This document shows positions 1 through 9,522 of a stretch of 64,000 bases of DNA, in pieces (position 1 is the stretch's first letter; each line of letters begins with the position of its first letter). The notes beneath the pieces were generated by a model that made no database searches, was not told the DNA's origin, and saw only the letters and a program-made list of their open reading frames with translations. The stretch is from Candidatus Multivoradales bacterium. Its GTDB lineage: Bacteria; Acidobacteriota; Thermoanaerobaculia; Multivoradales; JAHEKO01. Where the stretch lies: positions 2,528,001 through 2,592,000 of the forward strand of contig CBDCXM010000009.1 of the NCBI GenBank assembly GCA_965223855.1, read 5' to 3'. Both the position numbers and the translations under genes were made by a program.

Positions 1-878
1 GGCACGCTCGCGGTGAGGCCGTCGTAGAGACCGTGGAGGGTGTCGAGAACGATCACGCTCCCTGCCGGCACCTCGAACGGCACGGTCGTCTCCCGTCGGT
101 TTCCGGTCTTGAAGTCGTAGATCGGCATCGAGATCGGGTCGCCTGCATCGAGCTGGGCGAGATGTTCGTTGATGAGCGTCAGGTCGAGCGCCTCGGGAGT
201 CTCGAAGTCGCGATCGCCGAACTCGTCTCCGGGGTGGAGCTCGAGGTCGAAGAAATAGTTGTCGAGCGCGAGCGGTACGGCGGGAATGCCCTCTTCGCTC
301 AGTCGCTCGGCGATCTTGTGGGTCGTCGTCGTCTTGCCCGAGGAGCTGGGACCGGCGACGATGAGGAACCGCACCTCGTCGCGGCGCGCCAGCAGGCTCT
401 CGGCCGCCTGCGCGATCTCGTCCGCATAGCGCCGCTCCGAAGCGTCGATGAGATCCGGCAGACGCCCCTCTTCGATCGTGCGATTGAGCGCGGCTACGGT
501 GTGGCAGCCGTGATCGACCGCCCAGTCGAGCGCCTGCCACATCGCCTTGTAGGGGATGTTGCCCTTGCCGGCGGTGCGGCGACCGCTGCGGAGTCGCGAG
601 CGCTCGTGGCGGTAGAGAATGTAGGCCTTGGCGAGATCGGCCTCGCCCGATCGGATGAGGACCCGTTCGACGAGGTCCTGGACATCTTCGACCGTCACCG
701 CCTCGTCTTCGGAGTACGCCTCGGCGAGCGCCTCGAGCACCTGACGGGTCGTGCGATCGGCAAGGGCGTCGTCGTGGCGCCCGACGGCCGCGGTCGCCTT
801 GTAGATCGCAAGGCGGATCTTGTCGCGGTCGAAGGGGACGACTTCCCCGGTGCGCTTGACGAGTGTGGAAAGAGGCAT
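1..878 (-). CDS. ATP-cone domain fused to a uridine-kinase-like P-loop kinase (3' end runs off the window start)
   Basis: Manual translation from ATG 878: MPLSTLVKRTGEVVPFDRDKIRLAIYKA...VEDVQDLVERVL...AKAYILYR (ATP-cone), then IVAGPSSSGKTT (Walker A), LDNYF, DFETPEALD, PIYDFKTG. Not in the ORF track because it has no stop in the window. Confidence 0.8.
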   Translation of the reverse strand, partial: MPLSTLVKRTGEVVPFDRDKIRLAIYKATAAVGRHDDALADRTTRQVLEALAEAYSEDEAVTVEDVQDLVERVLIRSGEADLAKAYILYRHERSRLRSGRRTAGKGNIPYKAMWQALDWAVDHGCHTVAALNRTIEEGRLPDLIDASERRYADEIAQAAESLLARRDEVRFLIVAGPSSSGKTTTTHKIAERLSEEGIPAVPLALDNYFFDLELHPGDEFGDRDFETPEALDLTLINEHLAQLDAGDPISMPIYDFKTGNRRETTVPFEVPAGSVIVLDTLHGLYDGLTASV

Positions 879-890
879 GGAACGGGGACC

Positions 891-1700
891 CTACGACGCG
901 CCGGAGGGTTCAGTCGGTCGCCAGATCGCCCCCTCGAGTCGCCGGCTCGGATCGGAGGTCCGTCGCAGACCCTCGAGCTCGCCGCTATGAGACTCCATGG
1001 CGGCGGCGCTGACCAGGGCGTCCAGCGCGTCGTGGCTCTCGAGAGCCCGCTCTCGGACGGCGTCTCGTACCTGAGGCAGTCGCTCCGCGAGGAACGTCCG
1101 CCTCGCTTCGACGTCGGTCTTCCTGAGACGACCCATGAAGAGGCGCGGCCAGATCTCCACGACCCGCGGCCCATCGGGCCGGTCGAACGGCCAGATCGAG
1201 AAACCTTGGCGTCGCAGGCGTCTGAGGATCGGCATCCCGCGCAGGCTGCCGACGCCGACCGCCTGTGCGTTGCCGCCGATCTGGAAGACGGACGCCGGCA
1301 GCTGTCCCGTCTCGCGCCAGATGGCGAGCTCGGTCTCGCGATAGAGCGCTTCGCCGAGCGCCGGCTTGCGCCGCCCGGTCTTGCCCCAGAACGGGAAGGG
1401 GCACTCGGAGAGCCACTGTTCGCCGTGCGTCTCGACCTCCTCCCACACCTCTTCGGTCGATGCGTGGCCGCGCTTGTCGAGGAACGCCGCCGGGAAGGAG
1501 AACGCGAAGTCGAGGCCGACCACCATGTCGGGGTCGCGCCCGGCCTCGTCGATCAGCAGATCGGCGATCTCGTCGCGATCGCGCCCGTTCTCCAGCCGCA
1601 CGACGCCACCGTCGGTAGCCTCTGCAACCCAGATCTTGCGGGCCGCGCCCCGCGCGGCGCCCGACCAGTCGATGGCGAAGATGCGAGTGCTGCCGGCCAC
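891..1700 (-). CDS. DUF429-like RNase H-fold hypothetical protein
   Basis: IFAIDWSGA, VGLDFAFSFP, VEIWP and DALDALVSA motifs. Start uncertain; GTG 1700 chosen, ORF open to 1805. Confidence 0.6.
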   Translation of the reverse strand: MAGSTRIFAIDWSGAARGAARKIWVAEATDGGVVRLENGRDRDEIADLLIDEAGRDPDMVVGLDFAFSFPAAFLDKRGHASTEEVWEEVETHGEQWLSECPFPFWGKTGRRKPALGEALYRETELAIWRETGQLPASVFQIGGNAQAVGVGSLRGMPILRRLRRQGFSIWPFDRPDGPRVVEIWPRLFMGRLRKTDVEARRTFLAERLPQVRDAVRERALESHDALDALVSAAAMESHSGELEGLRRTSDPSRRLEGAIWRPTEPSGAS

Positions 1701-1803
1701 GTCGGCGGACGTTAGCAGCCCGACCGGTCGGCGGGCAGCGTCGTCCACCGTGATGGCCCGCCACGAGGGGCCGGCAATCGCCTGATACGTTCGCCGGCGA
1801 GCC

Positions 1804-4800
1804 ATGCGCGAATCGGAGGGTGCGATCCATCTGTCGGCGACCGACCTCGCTCACCACCTCGCCTGCCGGCACAAGACCTCCCTCGACCTCGCCTACGCCC
1901 GCGGCGAACTCGACTGCGAGCGGTGGTTCGACCCTGATCTCGAAGCGTTGTGGGAGCGCGGGCTCGAGCATGAAGAGGCCTACGTCGGGCACCTTCGCGA
2001 CGAGGGCCTGGATGTCCTCGACCTGCGCGCTTGCGACGAGCAGACCGACCTGGTCTCCCGAACCACGGCGGCGATGAAGGAGGGACGCGGCGCGATCGTG
2101 CAGGCGGGCCTCCGTGCCGGTCGCTGGTCAGGGCGTGCCGATGTCCTGCGAAGGGTCGAGCGGGCGAGTGCACTCGGCTCCTGGTCGTACGAGGTCGTCG
2201 ATACGAAGCTGGCGACGGAGACGAAGGCGTCGGCTGTGTTGCAGCTCTGCGTCTACTCGGACCTGCTCACCCGGATTCAGGGGGAGGAGCCGCGCTCGGC
2301 GTGGATCGTGACACCCGCCAGCGGCTCCGCCGGAGAGGAGTATCGCCTCTCCCGCCTGCGCGCCTACTACCGCCATGTCCGGCGGCGGCTCGAGACGGCG
2401 ATCGACGAAGTCGATCGAGACGGAGGCGAAGCGCCCTACCCTGAACCGTGCGAGCACTGTGAGATCTGTCGCTGGCGCTGGCACTGCGACCGGCGCCGGC
2501 GCGACGACCGCCACCTGTCCCTCGTGGCCGGGTTGCGACGATCGCACCGCACCGAGCTCGAGGAGCGGTCGGTGACGACGATCGACGCTCTGGCGGCGCT
2601 GCCCGTGCCGCTCGAGTGGATGCCGAGCCGGGGCTCACGGGCCTCCTTCGCCGAGGCGCGCGAACAGGCGCGGCTTCAGGTCGCCTCAGAGGAGTCCTCC
2701 GTCCCGCGGGTCGAGCTGCGCGAGCTCGACGACGAGCACGGACTTCGGCTGCTGCCGGCTCCGTCGGCCGGCGACGTCTTCTTCGACCTCGAGGGGAGCC
2801 GCTTCGCCCGCTCCGGCGGACACGAGTTCCTCTTCGGGGTCGTCGAGACGGGTGCGATCGGAGGGGAGGCCCTGGCCGGCAGCTATGTCTCCGGATGGGC
2901 CCTCGACGAGACCGGGGAGAAGGCGGCCTTTGCGGCGCTCGTCGATCGACTGATCGCTCGATGGGAGGCCGACGACGGCTTTCACGCGTACCACTTCGGC
3001 AGCTACGACGTCGCTGCGCTCAAGCGGCTGATGGGCCGTCACACGACGCGGGAGGACGAGATGGACCGCCTGCTCAGGGGCGAGCGCTTCGTCGATCTGT
3101 CGACGGTCTTCAGGCGCGCCGTGCGGGCGGGTGTCGAGAGCTACGCCCTGAAGGATCTGGAGGCGATCTTCGGCTTTCGACGCCAGGTCGGGCTCGAGCG
3201 GGCGGCGCGCGCCTTGCGGCAGGTGCAGCGGTTCCTCGAACGTCGGGGGCAGGTGCGCCCCGCCGACGAGGATCTGGCGACGGTCGAGCGCTACAACGAG
3301 GACGATTGCCGCTCGCTCGTCGCGCTGCGCGACTGGCTCGAGTCGTTGCGGGCGGCCGAGGCTTCGGCGCTCGCGCGTCCCGCGCTCCTTTCGGGAGAGC
3401 CCAACGAGACGATCGAGGCCGACGGCCGGAGAGTTGCCGAGCTTGACTGCGGTGCTCGTCGGGGGGCTGGAGAGCACGCAGACGAAGGTGACGCAGGGTC
3501 CGAGGGGGCGCGTGCGCTCCTCGCCGACTTGCTCGACTACCACCGACGGGAGCTCAAGGCGGGCTGGTGGCAGTACTACCAGCTCCGGGACGCCACCCTC
3601 GAGGAGTTGAGAGAAAGCCGCTATGGGGTGGCCGATCTCGAGTTCGCAGGTTCGGTCGAGGGCGGGACGGCGCGGTGCCCGGCCCACCGGTACCGCTATC
3701 CGGACCAACCGGCCCGCCTCAAGCCGGGCGATCCGCTGGAGGCCGGCGAGGTGACGGTAGGCACCGTCCTCGCGTGGGACCCGGTGGCGCGCACGGTCGA
3801 CGTGAAGAAGCGGACGGCGGCGGTCGACCTGCACCCGACGGCTGGCTTCGCCTACCGCGTCATCGGCGCCGGAGCGAAGGCGGAGGCGCTCATGCGCCTC
3901 GCCGAGAAGGTCTGCGACAGCGGGACGATCCTTCAGGGCAGTCAGGGCAACCTCCTTCTGCGCTCGCTCCCGACGCCGGGCGGTCCCTGTGTCGGCGAAG
4001 GCGAGTCGCTGCTGGAGGCGGCGCGGCGCTGGGGTGTCGAGCTGGGTGATCGGGTGCTCGCCCTGCAGGGCCCGCCCGGCTCCGGCAAGACCTACACCGG
4101 CGCGAGGATGGTGGTCGATCTCGCGGCCGCCGGCGCGCGGGTCGCCGTCATGGCGAACAGCCACAAGGTGATCGCCCACTTCCTGCGCGAGGTCGGGAAG
4201 GCAGCCGCCGACGAGGGAGTGGCGGTCGGCTGTGCGAGAAAGCCGAAGAGCGGCGAGGCCGAAGGCGAAGGGGACGTCCCGTTCCTCGGCAGTGCGCAGG
4301 AGGTGCTGGAGGCGCTCGAAGGGGGGGAGCGTCAGGTGGTGGGCGGAACGGCCTGGCTCTGGTCTCACCCCTTGCTCGAGAAGCGCACCGACGTTCTCGT
4401 CGTCGACGAGGCGGGCCAGGCCTCTCTCGCCGACGTCCTGGCGGCGGCGCAGGCGGCCAGGGGCCTCGTCCTGCTCGGCGATCCCCAGCAGCTCGAGCAG
4501 CCGTTGCGGGGCAGTCATCCCGAAGGGTCCGAGGCTTCGGCGCTCGAGCACTGGCTCCGCGGAAGTCGGACTCTGGCCGAAGACGAGGGAATCTTCCTCG
4601 AGCGAACCTACCGACTCCATCCGCGGCTGGCCGCCTTCACCTCCGAAGTCTTCTACGAGGGACGTTTGGGAGCGGTGGCCGGCCTCGAACACCAGGCGAT
4701 CCTCGGTCCGGTGCTGTCCGACGGCGGCGGCGCCGCATCGGGCCTCTTCTTCGCCCCGGTCGAGCACTCGGCGAACCGAAGCGAGAGCCCGGAGGAAGTC

Positions 4801-5235
4801 GCAGCGGTGTCCTCGCTCGTCGCGCGGCTGACGGATGGACGGTCGCGGTGGCGCGACAGGCGGGGAGAGGAGCGCGAGCTGACGATCGACGACCTGCTGG
4901 TGATCGCGCCGTACAACGACCAGGTCGCTGCTCTGCGTGCCGCCCTTCCCGGCCTCCAGGTCGGCACGGTCGACCGCTTTCAGGGCCGCGAGGCTCCAGT
5001 CGTGATCTATTCGATGGCGACCTCGACGCCGGAGGAGGCGCCACGAGGCATGGAGTTTCTCTACAGTCCGAGCCGGCTCAACGTCGCGACCTCGCGGGCG
5101 CGCGCCGCTTCGATCCTGGTGGCGAGCCCGGCGATCTTCCAGCCGGACTGCCGCACCCCCCGCCAGATGGAGCTGGCGGATGCCTTCTGCCGCTATCTGG
5201 AGCTGGCGACGACGCTCGAGGGTGTCGGAGGCTAG
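1804..5235 (+). CDS. TM0106-family RecB-like nuclease / RNase H-like / SF1 (DNA2/NAM7-type) helicase fusion
   Basis: LSATDL, GRADVL..YEVVDTKLA nuclease motif, CEHCEICRW...C, FFDLEG and YNEDDC, QGPPGSGKT, VDEAGQ, GDPQQL, TVDRFQGRE, RLNVATSRA. Confidence 0.9.
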   Translation: MRESEGAIHLSATDLAHHLACRHKTSLDLAYARGELDCERWFDPDLEALWERGLEHEEAYVGHLRDEGLDVLDLRACDEQTDLVSRTTAAMKEGRGAIVQAGLRAGRWSGRADVLRRVERASALGSWSYEVVDTKLATETKASAVLQLCVYSDLLTRIQGEEPRSAWIVTPASGSAGEEYRLSRLRAYYRHVRRRLETAIDEVDRDGGEAPYPEPCEHCEICRWRWHCDRRRRDDRHLSLVAGLRRSHRTELEERSVTTIDALAALPVPLEWMPSRGSRASFAEAREQARLQVASEESSVPRVELRELDDEHGLRLLPAPSAGDVFFDLEGSRFARSGGHEFLFGVVETGAIGGEALAGSYVSGWALDETGEKAAFAALVDRLIARWEADDGFHAYHFGSYDVAALKRLMGRHTTREDEMDRLLRGERFVDLSTVFRRAVRAGVESYALKDLEAIFGFRRQVGLERAARALRQVQRFLERRGQVRPADEDLATVERYNEDDCRSLVALRDWLESLRAAEASALARPALLSGEPNETIEADGRRVAELDCGARRGAGEHADEGDAGSEGARALLADLLDYHRRELKAGWWQYYQLRDATLEELRESRYGVADLEFAGSVEGGTARCPAHRYRYPDQPARLKPGDPLEAGEVTVGTVLAWDPVARTVDVKKRTAAVDLHPTAGFAYRVIGAGAKAEALMRLAEKVCDSGTILQGSQGNLLLRSLPTPGGPCVGEGESLLEAARRWGVELGDRVLALQGPPGSGKTYTGARMVVDLAAAGARVAVMANSHKVIAHFLREVGKAAADEGVAVGCARKPKSGEAEGEGDVPFLGSAQEVLEALEGGERQVVGGTAWLWSHPLLEKRTDVLVVDEAGQASLADVLAAAQAARGLVLLGDPQQLEQPLRGSHPEGSEASALEHWLRGSRTLAEDEGIFLERTYRLHPRLAAFTSEVFYEGRLGAVAGLEHQAILGPVLSDGGGAASGLFFAPVEHSANRSESPEEVAAVSSLVARLTDGRSRWRDRRGEERELTIDDLLVIAPYNDQVAALRAALPGLQVGTVDRFQGREAPVVIYSMATSTPEEAPRGMEFLYSPSRLNVATSRARAASILVASPAIFQPDCRTPRQMELADAFCRYLELATTLEGVGG

Positions 5236-5867
5236 CCGAGAGTCACGCCGTACGGCTCGAGGCGGCGAAGCGGCACCCGCCGATAGGCCCGCAGCCAACC
5301 CGGCCGGCGATTCTTGACGTTGCCGCCATGGACCACCTGCAGCAGGTAGGGAGCGTCGAAGAGATGGAGCGCGACTCTGGCGGCGAGCTCGGCGTGGTCC
5401 CAGCGGTAGAGGTCGGCGCCGTCCCGGAAGGCCACCAGTGGAGCGACCTCGCGTCGGCGGTAGGCGTAGAGGCGGCGCCTCTCGAGGTCGAGTCTGAGGA
5501 ACCGGTTGCTTCCGTAGGCCTCACTCTCGGGAGCGGCTTCGAGCGCATGGAACCAGTCTTCATGGATGGCGTCATCGCTGTCATGGCGGGTCACCAGCGT
5601 CCCGCCGGGCGCCTTCCAACCGCCTCGCCAGTCGTCCTGCTCGGCGACGCGGAGCCACGGCAGGTCGCGAACCCGATCCGCGACGAAGGGGGCGCTGGCC
5701 GAGGAGCAGAGAAGGACCGCTTCCACGCCGAGCCGGCCGACGCTCGGGGCATACCACCGGCGCAGGAGCTCGAGCCGGTCGCGGAGCCACGATTCGTCCT
5801 CGTGACAGTGGGCCGTCTCCGGCTCCAGGCGCGGGACCGAGAAGCGCGAAACGACGAGGTGGCGCAT
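5232..5867 (-). CDS. Hypothetical glycosyltransferase-like protein (putative rhamnosyl-transferase type)
   Basis: HLVVSRF, WLRDRLELLRRWYAPS, TRHDSDD (DxD-like) and VVHGGN; 4-bp overlap with the convergent helicase stop. Confidence 0.5.
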   Translation of the reverse strand: MRHLVVSRFSVPRLEPETAHCHEDESWLRDRLELLRRWYAPSVGRLGVEAVLLCSSASAPFVADRVRDLPWLRVAEQDDWRGGWKAPGGTLVTRHDSDDAIHEDWFHALEAAPESEAYGSNRFLRLDLERRRLYAYRRREVAPLVAFRDGADLYRWDHAELAARVALHLFDAPYLLQVVHGGNVKNRRPGWLRAYRRVPLRRLEPYGVTLG

Positions 5868-5886
5868 CAGGGGTCGGGGAGGTGGT

Positions 5887-6573
5887 TCAGTCCGGGAGGG
5901 TCTGGATCACGCGCTCGTCGGCGATCTTCCAACGATCGTCCTCGAGCGTCAGCCAGAGCGATTTGCGGACCCGGTCCCGGTAGCTGTCGGAGACGTAGCT
6001 CTGGGCGAAGATCACGCGACGTCGGTTGCCGCTCGTCTCCGTGACCTCGGGATCCGAGATCGTCACCCGCAGGTTGGTCTGCCGGCCGATCCGGGCTCGG
6101 CGCTCGGCGGCCCACTCGGATCGGCTCCGTCCGCCGGGAGGGTCGAAAGAGGCCGCGTAGGCAGCAAGGTAGTCGTCGATGCGACGCTCCTGCCAGGCGG
6201 CCGCCCACTGGTAGACGGCCTCGATCGGATCGTTGCTGCCGCGGTTCGCCTCGCCGCTCGTCTCGAGAGCAGACGCCGACTCGGTTTCCGAGGTAGCGCC
6301 GGTTTCGACACTGCCGGTCCCGATCGCCGCCATCGCCTCCCGGCCCGGGGACGCCCCTCTCGCCTCTTCCAGGCGCGGTCTCACCCAGAAGTGATCGAAC
6401 GCCAGCACCATGAGGCCGCCGAAGGCGATCGACAGGGCGGCGACACTGAACCAGAAGGCGAACGCCTGGGTCCTCGGACCGTCTTGCTCGGAGTCCTCGC
6501 CGTCGACCGCAGGCTCCAGAATGGCGGCGTCCAGCAGGTCGGGGGGCGAGCCGTCCTGGTCGGGGGTGGTCAT
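5887..6573 (-). CDS. Single-TM protein with C-terminal NTF2-like (Cds6-C type) domain
   Basis: One TM segment; WAAAWQERRIDDYLAAYAASF, FAQSYVSDSYRDRVRKSL and WKIADE. Confidence 0.65.
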   Translation of the reverse strand: MTTPDQDGSPPDLLDAAILEPAVDGEDSEQDGPRTQAFAFWFSVAALSIAFGGLMVLAFDHFWVRPRLEEARGASPGREAMAAIGTGSVETGATSETESASALETSGEANRGSNDPIEAVYQWAAAWQERRIDDYLAAYAASFDPPGGRSRSEWAAERRARIGRQTNLRVTISDPEVTETSGNRRRVIFAQSYVSDSYRDRVRKSLWLTLEDDRWKIADERVIQTLPD

Positions 6574-6650
6574 CTCGATTCGCGGGGGAGTGCGCGGCGG
6601 CAAGTTACCACGCCGAGCCGCCGGTGCCGGGGAAACCGGACAACGTCCGA

Positions 6651-6679
6651 TTGACAGATGGGAGGGGGGCGCATACCCT
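6651..6679 (+). promoter_or_regulatory. sigma70-type promoter of the yceD-rpmF-plsX-fab operon
   Basis: TTGACA (6651-6656), 17 bp spacer, TACCCT (6674-6679); GAGGAGG RBS before GTG 6711. Confidence 0.65.
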
Positions 6680-6710
6680 TCTCGGCCGGTGTGCCGAGGA
6701 GGCTTGCGGC

Positions 6711-7229
6711 GTGCAGATTCGCCTCGAGAAGATCGAACAGGAGCCGTTCCGCTGGGAGCGATCCGAGCCGGTTCCCGAGGAGGTTCTGGAACGGCCGGAG
6801 GTCGTCTCGATCGATGACCTCGAGTGGAGGGGGTCGATCTCGCCGGCCCATCCGGGTTGGCGTCTGGTGGCGCAACTCGACTACCGGCAGACTCTGGCGT
6901 GCAGCCGCTGTCTGCAACCCCTACAGGAGAAGATCGAGCAGGAGATCGAGCTGTTTCTGATCGTACGGCCCCCCCAACCGCTGGGAGGGGACGTCGAACT
7001 CGATGACACCGACCTCGGTACGTTGGCTCTGGAAGACGAAGTCCTCGAAACCGACCCGATTCTGCTCGAGCAACTGGAACTCAACATCCCCATGACCTCA
7101 CTGTGCCGGGACGACTGTGCCGGCCTCTGCCCGTATTGCGGGAGCGATCGCAACGACAACCCCGACTGTTGCCAGGGGGGTGAGATCGACCCCCGCTGGA
7201 AGGCGCTCGAGGACCTCCGGAAGAACTGA
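6711..7229 (+). CDS. yceD: DUF177/YceD family protein
   Basis: CSRCL, LCRDDCAGLCPYCG and IDPRWKAL motifs; directly upstream of rpmF. Confidence 0.9.
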   Translation: MQIRLEKIEQEPFRWERSEPVPEEVLERPEVVSIDDLEWRGSISPAHPGWRLVAQLDYRQTLACSRCLQPLQEKIEQEIELFLIVRPPQPLGGDVELDDTDLGTLALEDEVLETDPILLEQLELNIPMTSLCRDDCAGLCPYCGSDRNDNPDCCQGGEIDPRWKALEDLRKN

Positions 7230-7264
7230 CGCGCCCCTGCGAGCGCGAGACGAAGGAAAGTACG

Positions 7265-7450
7265 ATGGCCAATCCGAAGCGACGACACTCCAAGGCACGC
7301 CGCAACCGCCGGCGGGCCCACGATGCCCTCGACCGGCCGCCTGCGTCGGTCTGTCCCAACTGCGGAGAGGCCAGGCTGCCGCACCGGGCATGTCCCTCCT
7401 GCGGCCACTACCACGGTCGCGAAGCTGTAGAGATCGACGACGCGATCTGA
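7265..7450 (+). CDS. rpmF: 50S ribosomal protein L32
   Basis: MANPKRRHSKARRNRRRAH...CPNCG...PHRACPSCGHY. Confidence 0.97.
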   Translation: MANPKRRHSKARRNRRRAHDALDRPPASVCPNCGEARLPHRACPSCGHYHGREAVEIDDAI

Positions 7451-7466
7451 CCTGGGCGCTCGGCCG

Positions 7467-8528
7467 GTGCTGATCGCGGTGGACGCGATGGGTGGCGATC
7501 ACGCCCCCCGCGCAGTGGTCGAGGGTGCCCTCGCCGCGGTTCGCGAGGACGGCGCGCGGGTCGCGCTCGTCGGGGACCGGAAGCGGATCGAGGCCGAGGT
7601 CGAGGCGCTCGGCGGCAGGCTCGAGGAGATCGAGATCCTCGTCGCCGACGAAGTCGTGACGATGGCCGAGAGCCCTGCCCAGGCTCTGCGGACCAAGCGC
7701 CGCAGCTCGATACGGGTCTGCGGTGAGGCGGTGCGCGACGGCAAGGCGGACGCCTTCGTCACCGCCGGCAACACCGGAGCGGCGATGATCGTCGCCAAGA
7801 TGATCGTCGGTGCCGAGCAGGGTGTCGATCGACCCGCACTGGCTGCGGTCTTCCCCAACCCACAGGGGCGTACCGTGATTCTCGACGTCGGCGCCAACGT
7901 CGATACCAAGCCTGAGCAGCTGCGCGAGTTCGCTGTCATGGGGCATTCCTATGCGCGCGGCGTGCTGGGCGTCGAGAGCCCGCGCATCGGCCTGCTGTCG
8001 ATCGGCAGCGAGGAAGGCAAGGGGGACGAACTCACCCGCGAGGGCTTCGAAGCGCTCGAGTCGACCGGTCTCAACTTCGTCGGTAACGTCGAGGGGAGCG
8101 ATGTCTTCTCGGGCGGGGTCGATGTCATCGTTTGCGACGGCTTCGTCGGCAACGCGATCCTCAAGAGCGCCGAATCGCTGGTCGAGTTCATCGTCGCGAC
8201 GATGCGGGACGAGTTCGGTGCGTCGCCGCGCACACGGCTCGGCTTCGCGCTTTCGAAACCGGCCTTTCACGCCCTGCAGCGCCGCACCGACTACGCGGAG
8301 TACGGTGCCGCACCGCTGCTCGGCGTTCGAGGCGGGTGCTTCATCGCGCATGGGCGATCCAGTCCGAGGGCGATTCGCAGTTCGATCCGCAGAGCCGTCG
8401 AGTTCTGCACGGCCGACGTCGCAGGTAAGATCCGCGAGATCGTCGCCGAGCTTCACGAGCAGGAACGCCGGCTGTTACCGCAGGATCCACCTGCGGACGC
8501 CGAAGGCGAGGGGAACCCTACGACATGA
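7467..8528 (+). CDS. plsX: Phosphate acyltransferase PlsX
   Basis: IAVDAMGGDHAP, AGNTGA, LDVGAN, CDGFVGN and GAAPLLG. Confidence 0.96.
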   Translation: MLIAVDAMGGDHAPRAVVEGALAAVREDGARVALVGDRKRIEAEVEALGGRLEEIEILVADEVVTMAESPAQALRTKRRSSIRVCGEAVRDGKADAFVTAGNTGAAMIVAKMIVGAEQGVDRPALAAVFPNPQGRTVILDVGANVDTKPEQLREFAVMGHSYARGVLGVESPRIGLLSIGSEEGKGDELTREGFEALESTGLNFVGNVEGSDVFSGGVDVIVCDGFVGNAILKSAESLVEFIVATMRDEFGASPRTRLGFALSKPAFHALQRRTDYAEYGAAPLLGVRGGCFIAHGRSSPRAIRSSIRRAVEFCTADVAGKIREIVAELHEQERRLLPQDPPADAEGEGNPTT

Positions 8529-9502
8529 GAGCGCGAATCGCCGGCACCGGAATGGGGGTGCCGGACAAGGTCCTGACCAACGCAGACCTCGAGAAGATCG
8601 TCGACACGAGCGACGAGTGGATCACCACCCGCACCGGGATCAAGGAGCGGCGGATGGCGGAGAAGGGCCAGAAGCTCTCCGACTTCGCGATTCCGGCGGC
8701 GAAAGGCGCCCTCGAGATGGCCGGCGTCGAGGGCGGAGAGGTCGATCTCGTGATCTGTGCGACGATCTCGTCAGACCGGCTCTTCCCGGCGACGTCCTGC
8801 ATCATCCAGGACGCCGTGGGCGCGAAGGACGCGCCCGCTTTCGACCTTTCCGCCGCGTGCACCGGATTCCTGTACGGCGTCAACCTCGGCACTCAGTTCA
8901 TCGAGGCCGGGCGGGCGCGGAACGTGCTGGTCGTCGGCGGCGAGATGTTGACGCAGATGCTCGACTGGAGCGATCGCACGACCTGCGTGCTGTTCGGCGA
9001 CGGCGCGGGAGCGGTCTGCCTTCAGGCGACCGAAGACGAGCGCGGTGTGCTCGGCTACGCGATGCACGCCGACGGCTCGCTCGGCGATCTCATCGAGCGG
9101 CCGGGCGGGGGGAGTCGAGCCCCGATCAGCCACGAGATGATCGATGCCGGGCTTTCGACCGTGCGGATGAAAGGTAACGAGACCTTCAAGAAGGCGGTGC
9201 GCCGGCTCGCCGAAGTGAGCACCGAGGCGCTCGCCGAGTGCGGCCTGGCTCCCGAGGACGTCGACTGGTTCATCCCACACCAGGCCAACAAGCGGATCAT
9301 CGACGCCGTCGGTCAGCGTCTCGCGGTGCCGGAGGGGGCGACCTACGTGAACGTCCACCGCTACGGCAACACCTCGGCCGCCTCCGTTCCGATCGCTCTC
9401 GACGAGCTGAATCGCGCCGGGCGAATCGAGGAAGGCCAGACCGTGCTGATGACCGCCTTCGGCTCCGGGCTGACCTGGGCGTCGGCCGTGGTGCGCTGGT
9501 AG
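8525..9502 (+). CDS. fabH: Beta-ketoacyl-ACP synthase III
   Basis: DTSDEWITTRTGIKERR, AACTGF, FGDGAGA, PHQAN and GNTSAAS. Confidence 0.96.
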   Translation: MRARIAGTGMGVPDKVLTNADLEKIVDTSDEWITTRTGIKERRMAEKGQKLSDFAIPAAKGALEMAGVEGGEVDLVICATISSDRLFPATSCIIQDAVGAKDAPAFDLSAACTGFLYGVNLGTQFIEAGRARNVLVVGGEMLTQMLDWSDRTTCVLFGDGAGAVCLQATEDERGVLGYAMHADGSLGDLIERPGGGSRAPISHEMIDAGLSTVRMKGNETFKKAVRRLAEVSTEALAECGLAPEDVDWFIPHQANKRIIDAVGQRLAVPEGATYVNVHRYGNTSAASVPIALDELNRAGRIEEGQTVLMTAFGSGLTWASAVVRW

Positions 9503-9522
9503 CCGGGCAGGAGGAGCTCACG

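Noticed and set aside
33-1715. 560-aa plus-strand ORF and other long antisense ORFs (2686-5298, 15680-18469, 45794-47392, 54586-56034)
   Set aside because: Shadow frames of recognisable genes on the opposite strand, expected in high-GC DNA; no motifs.
1770-1800. Possible SOS box upstream of the TM0106 helicase (aatcgcctgatacgttcgcc)
   Set aside because: Half-sites match poorly and the spacing differs from the 11-bp period.
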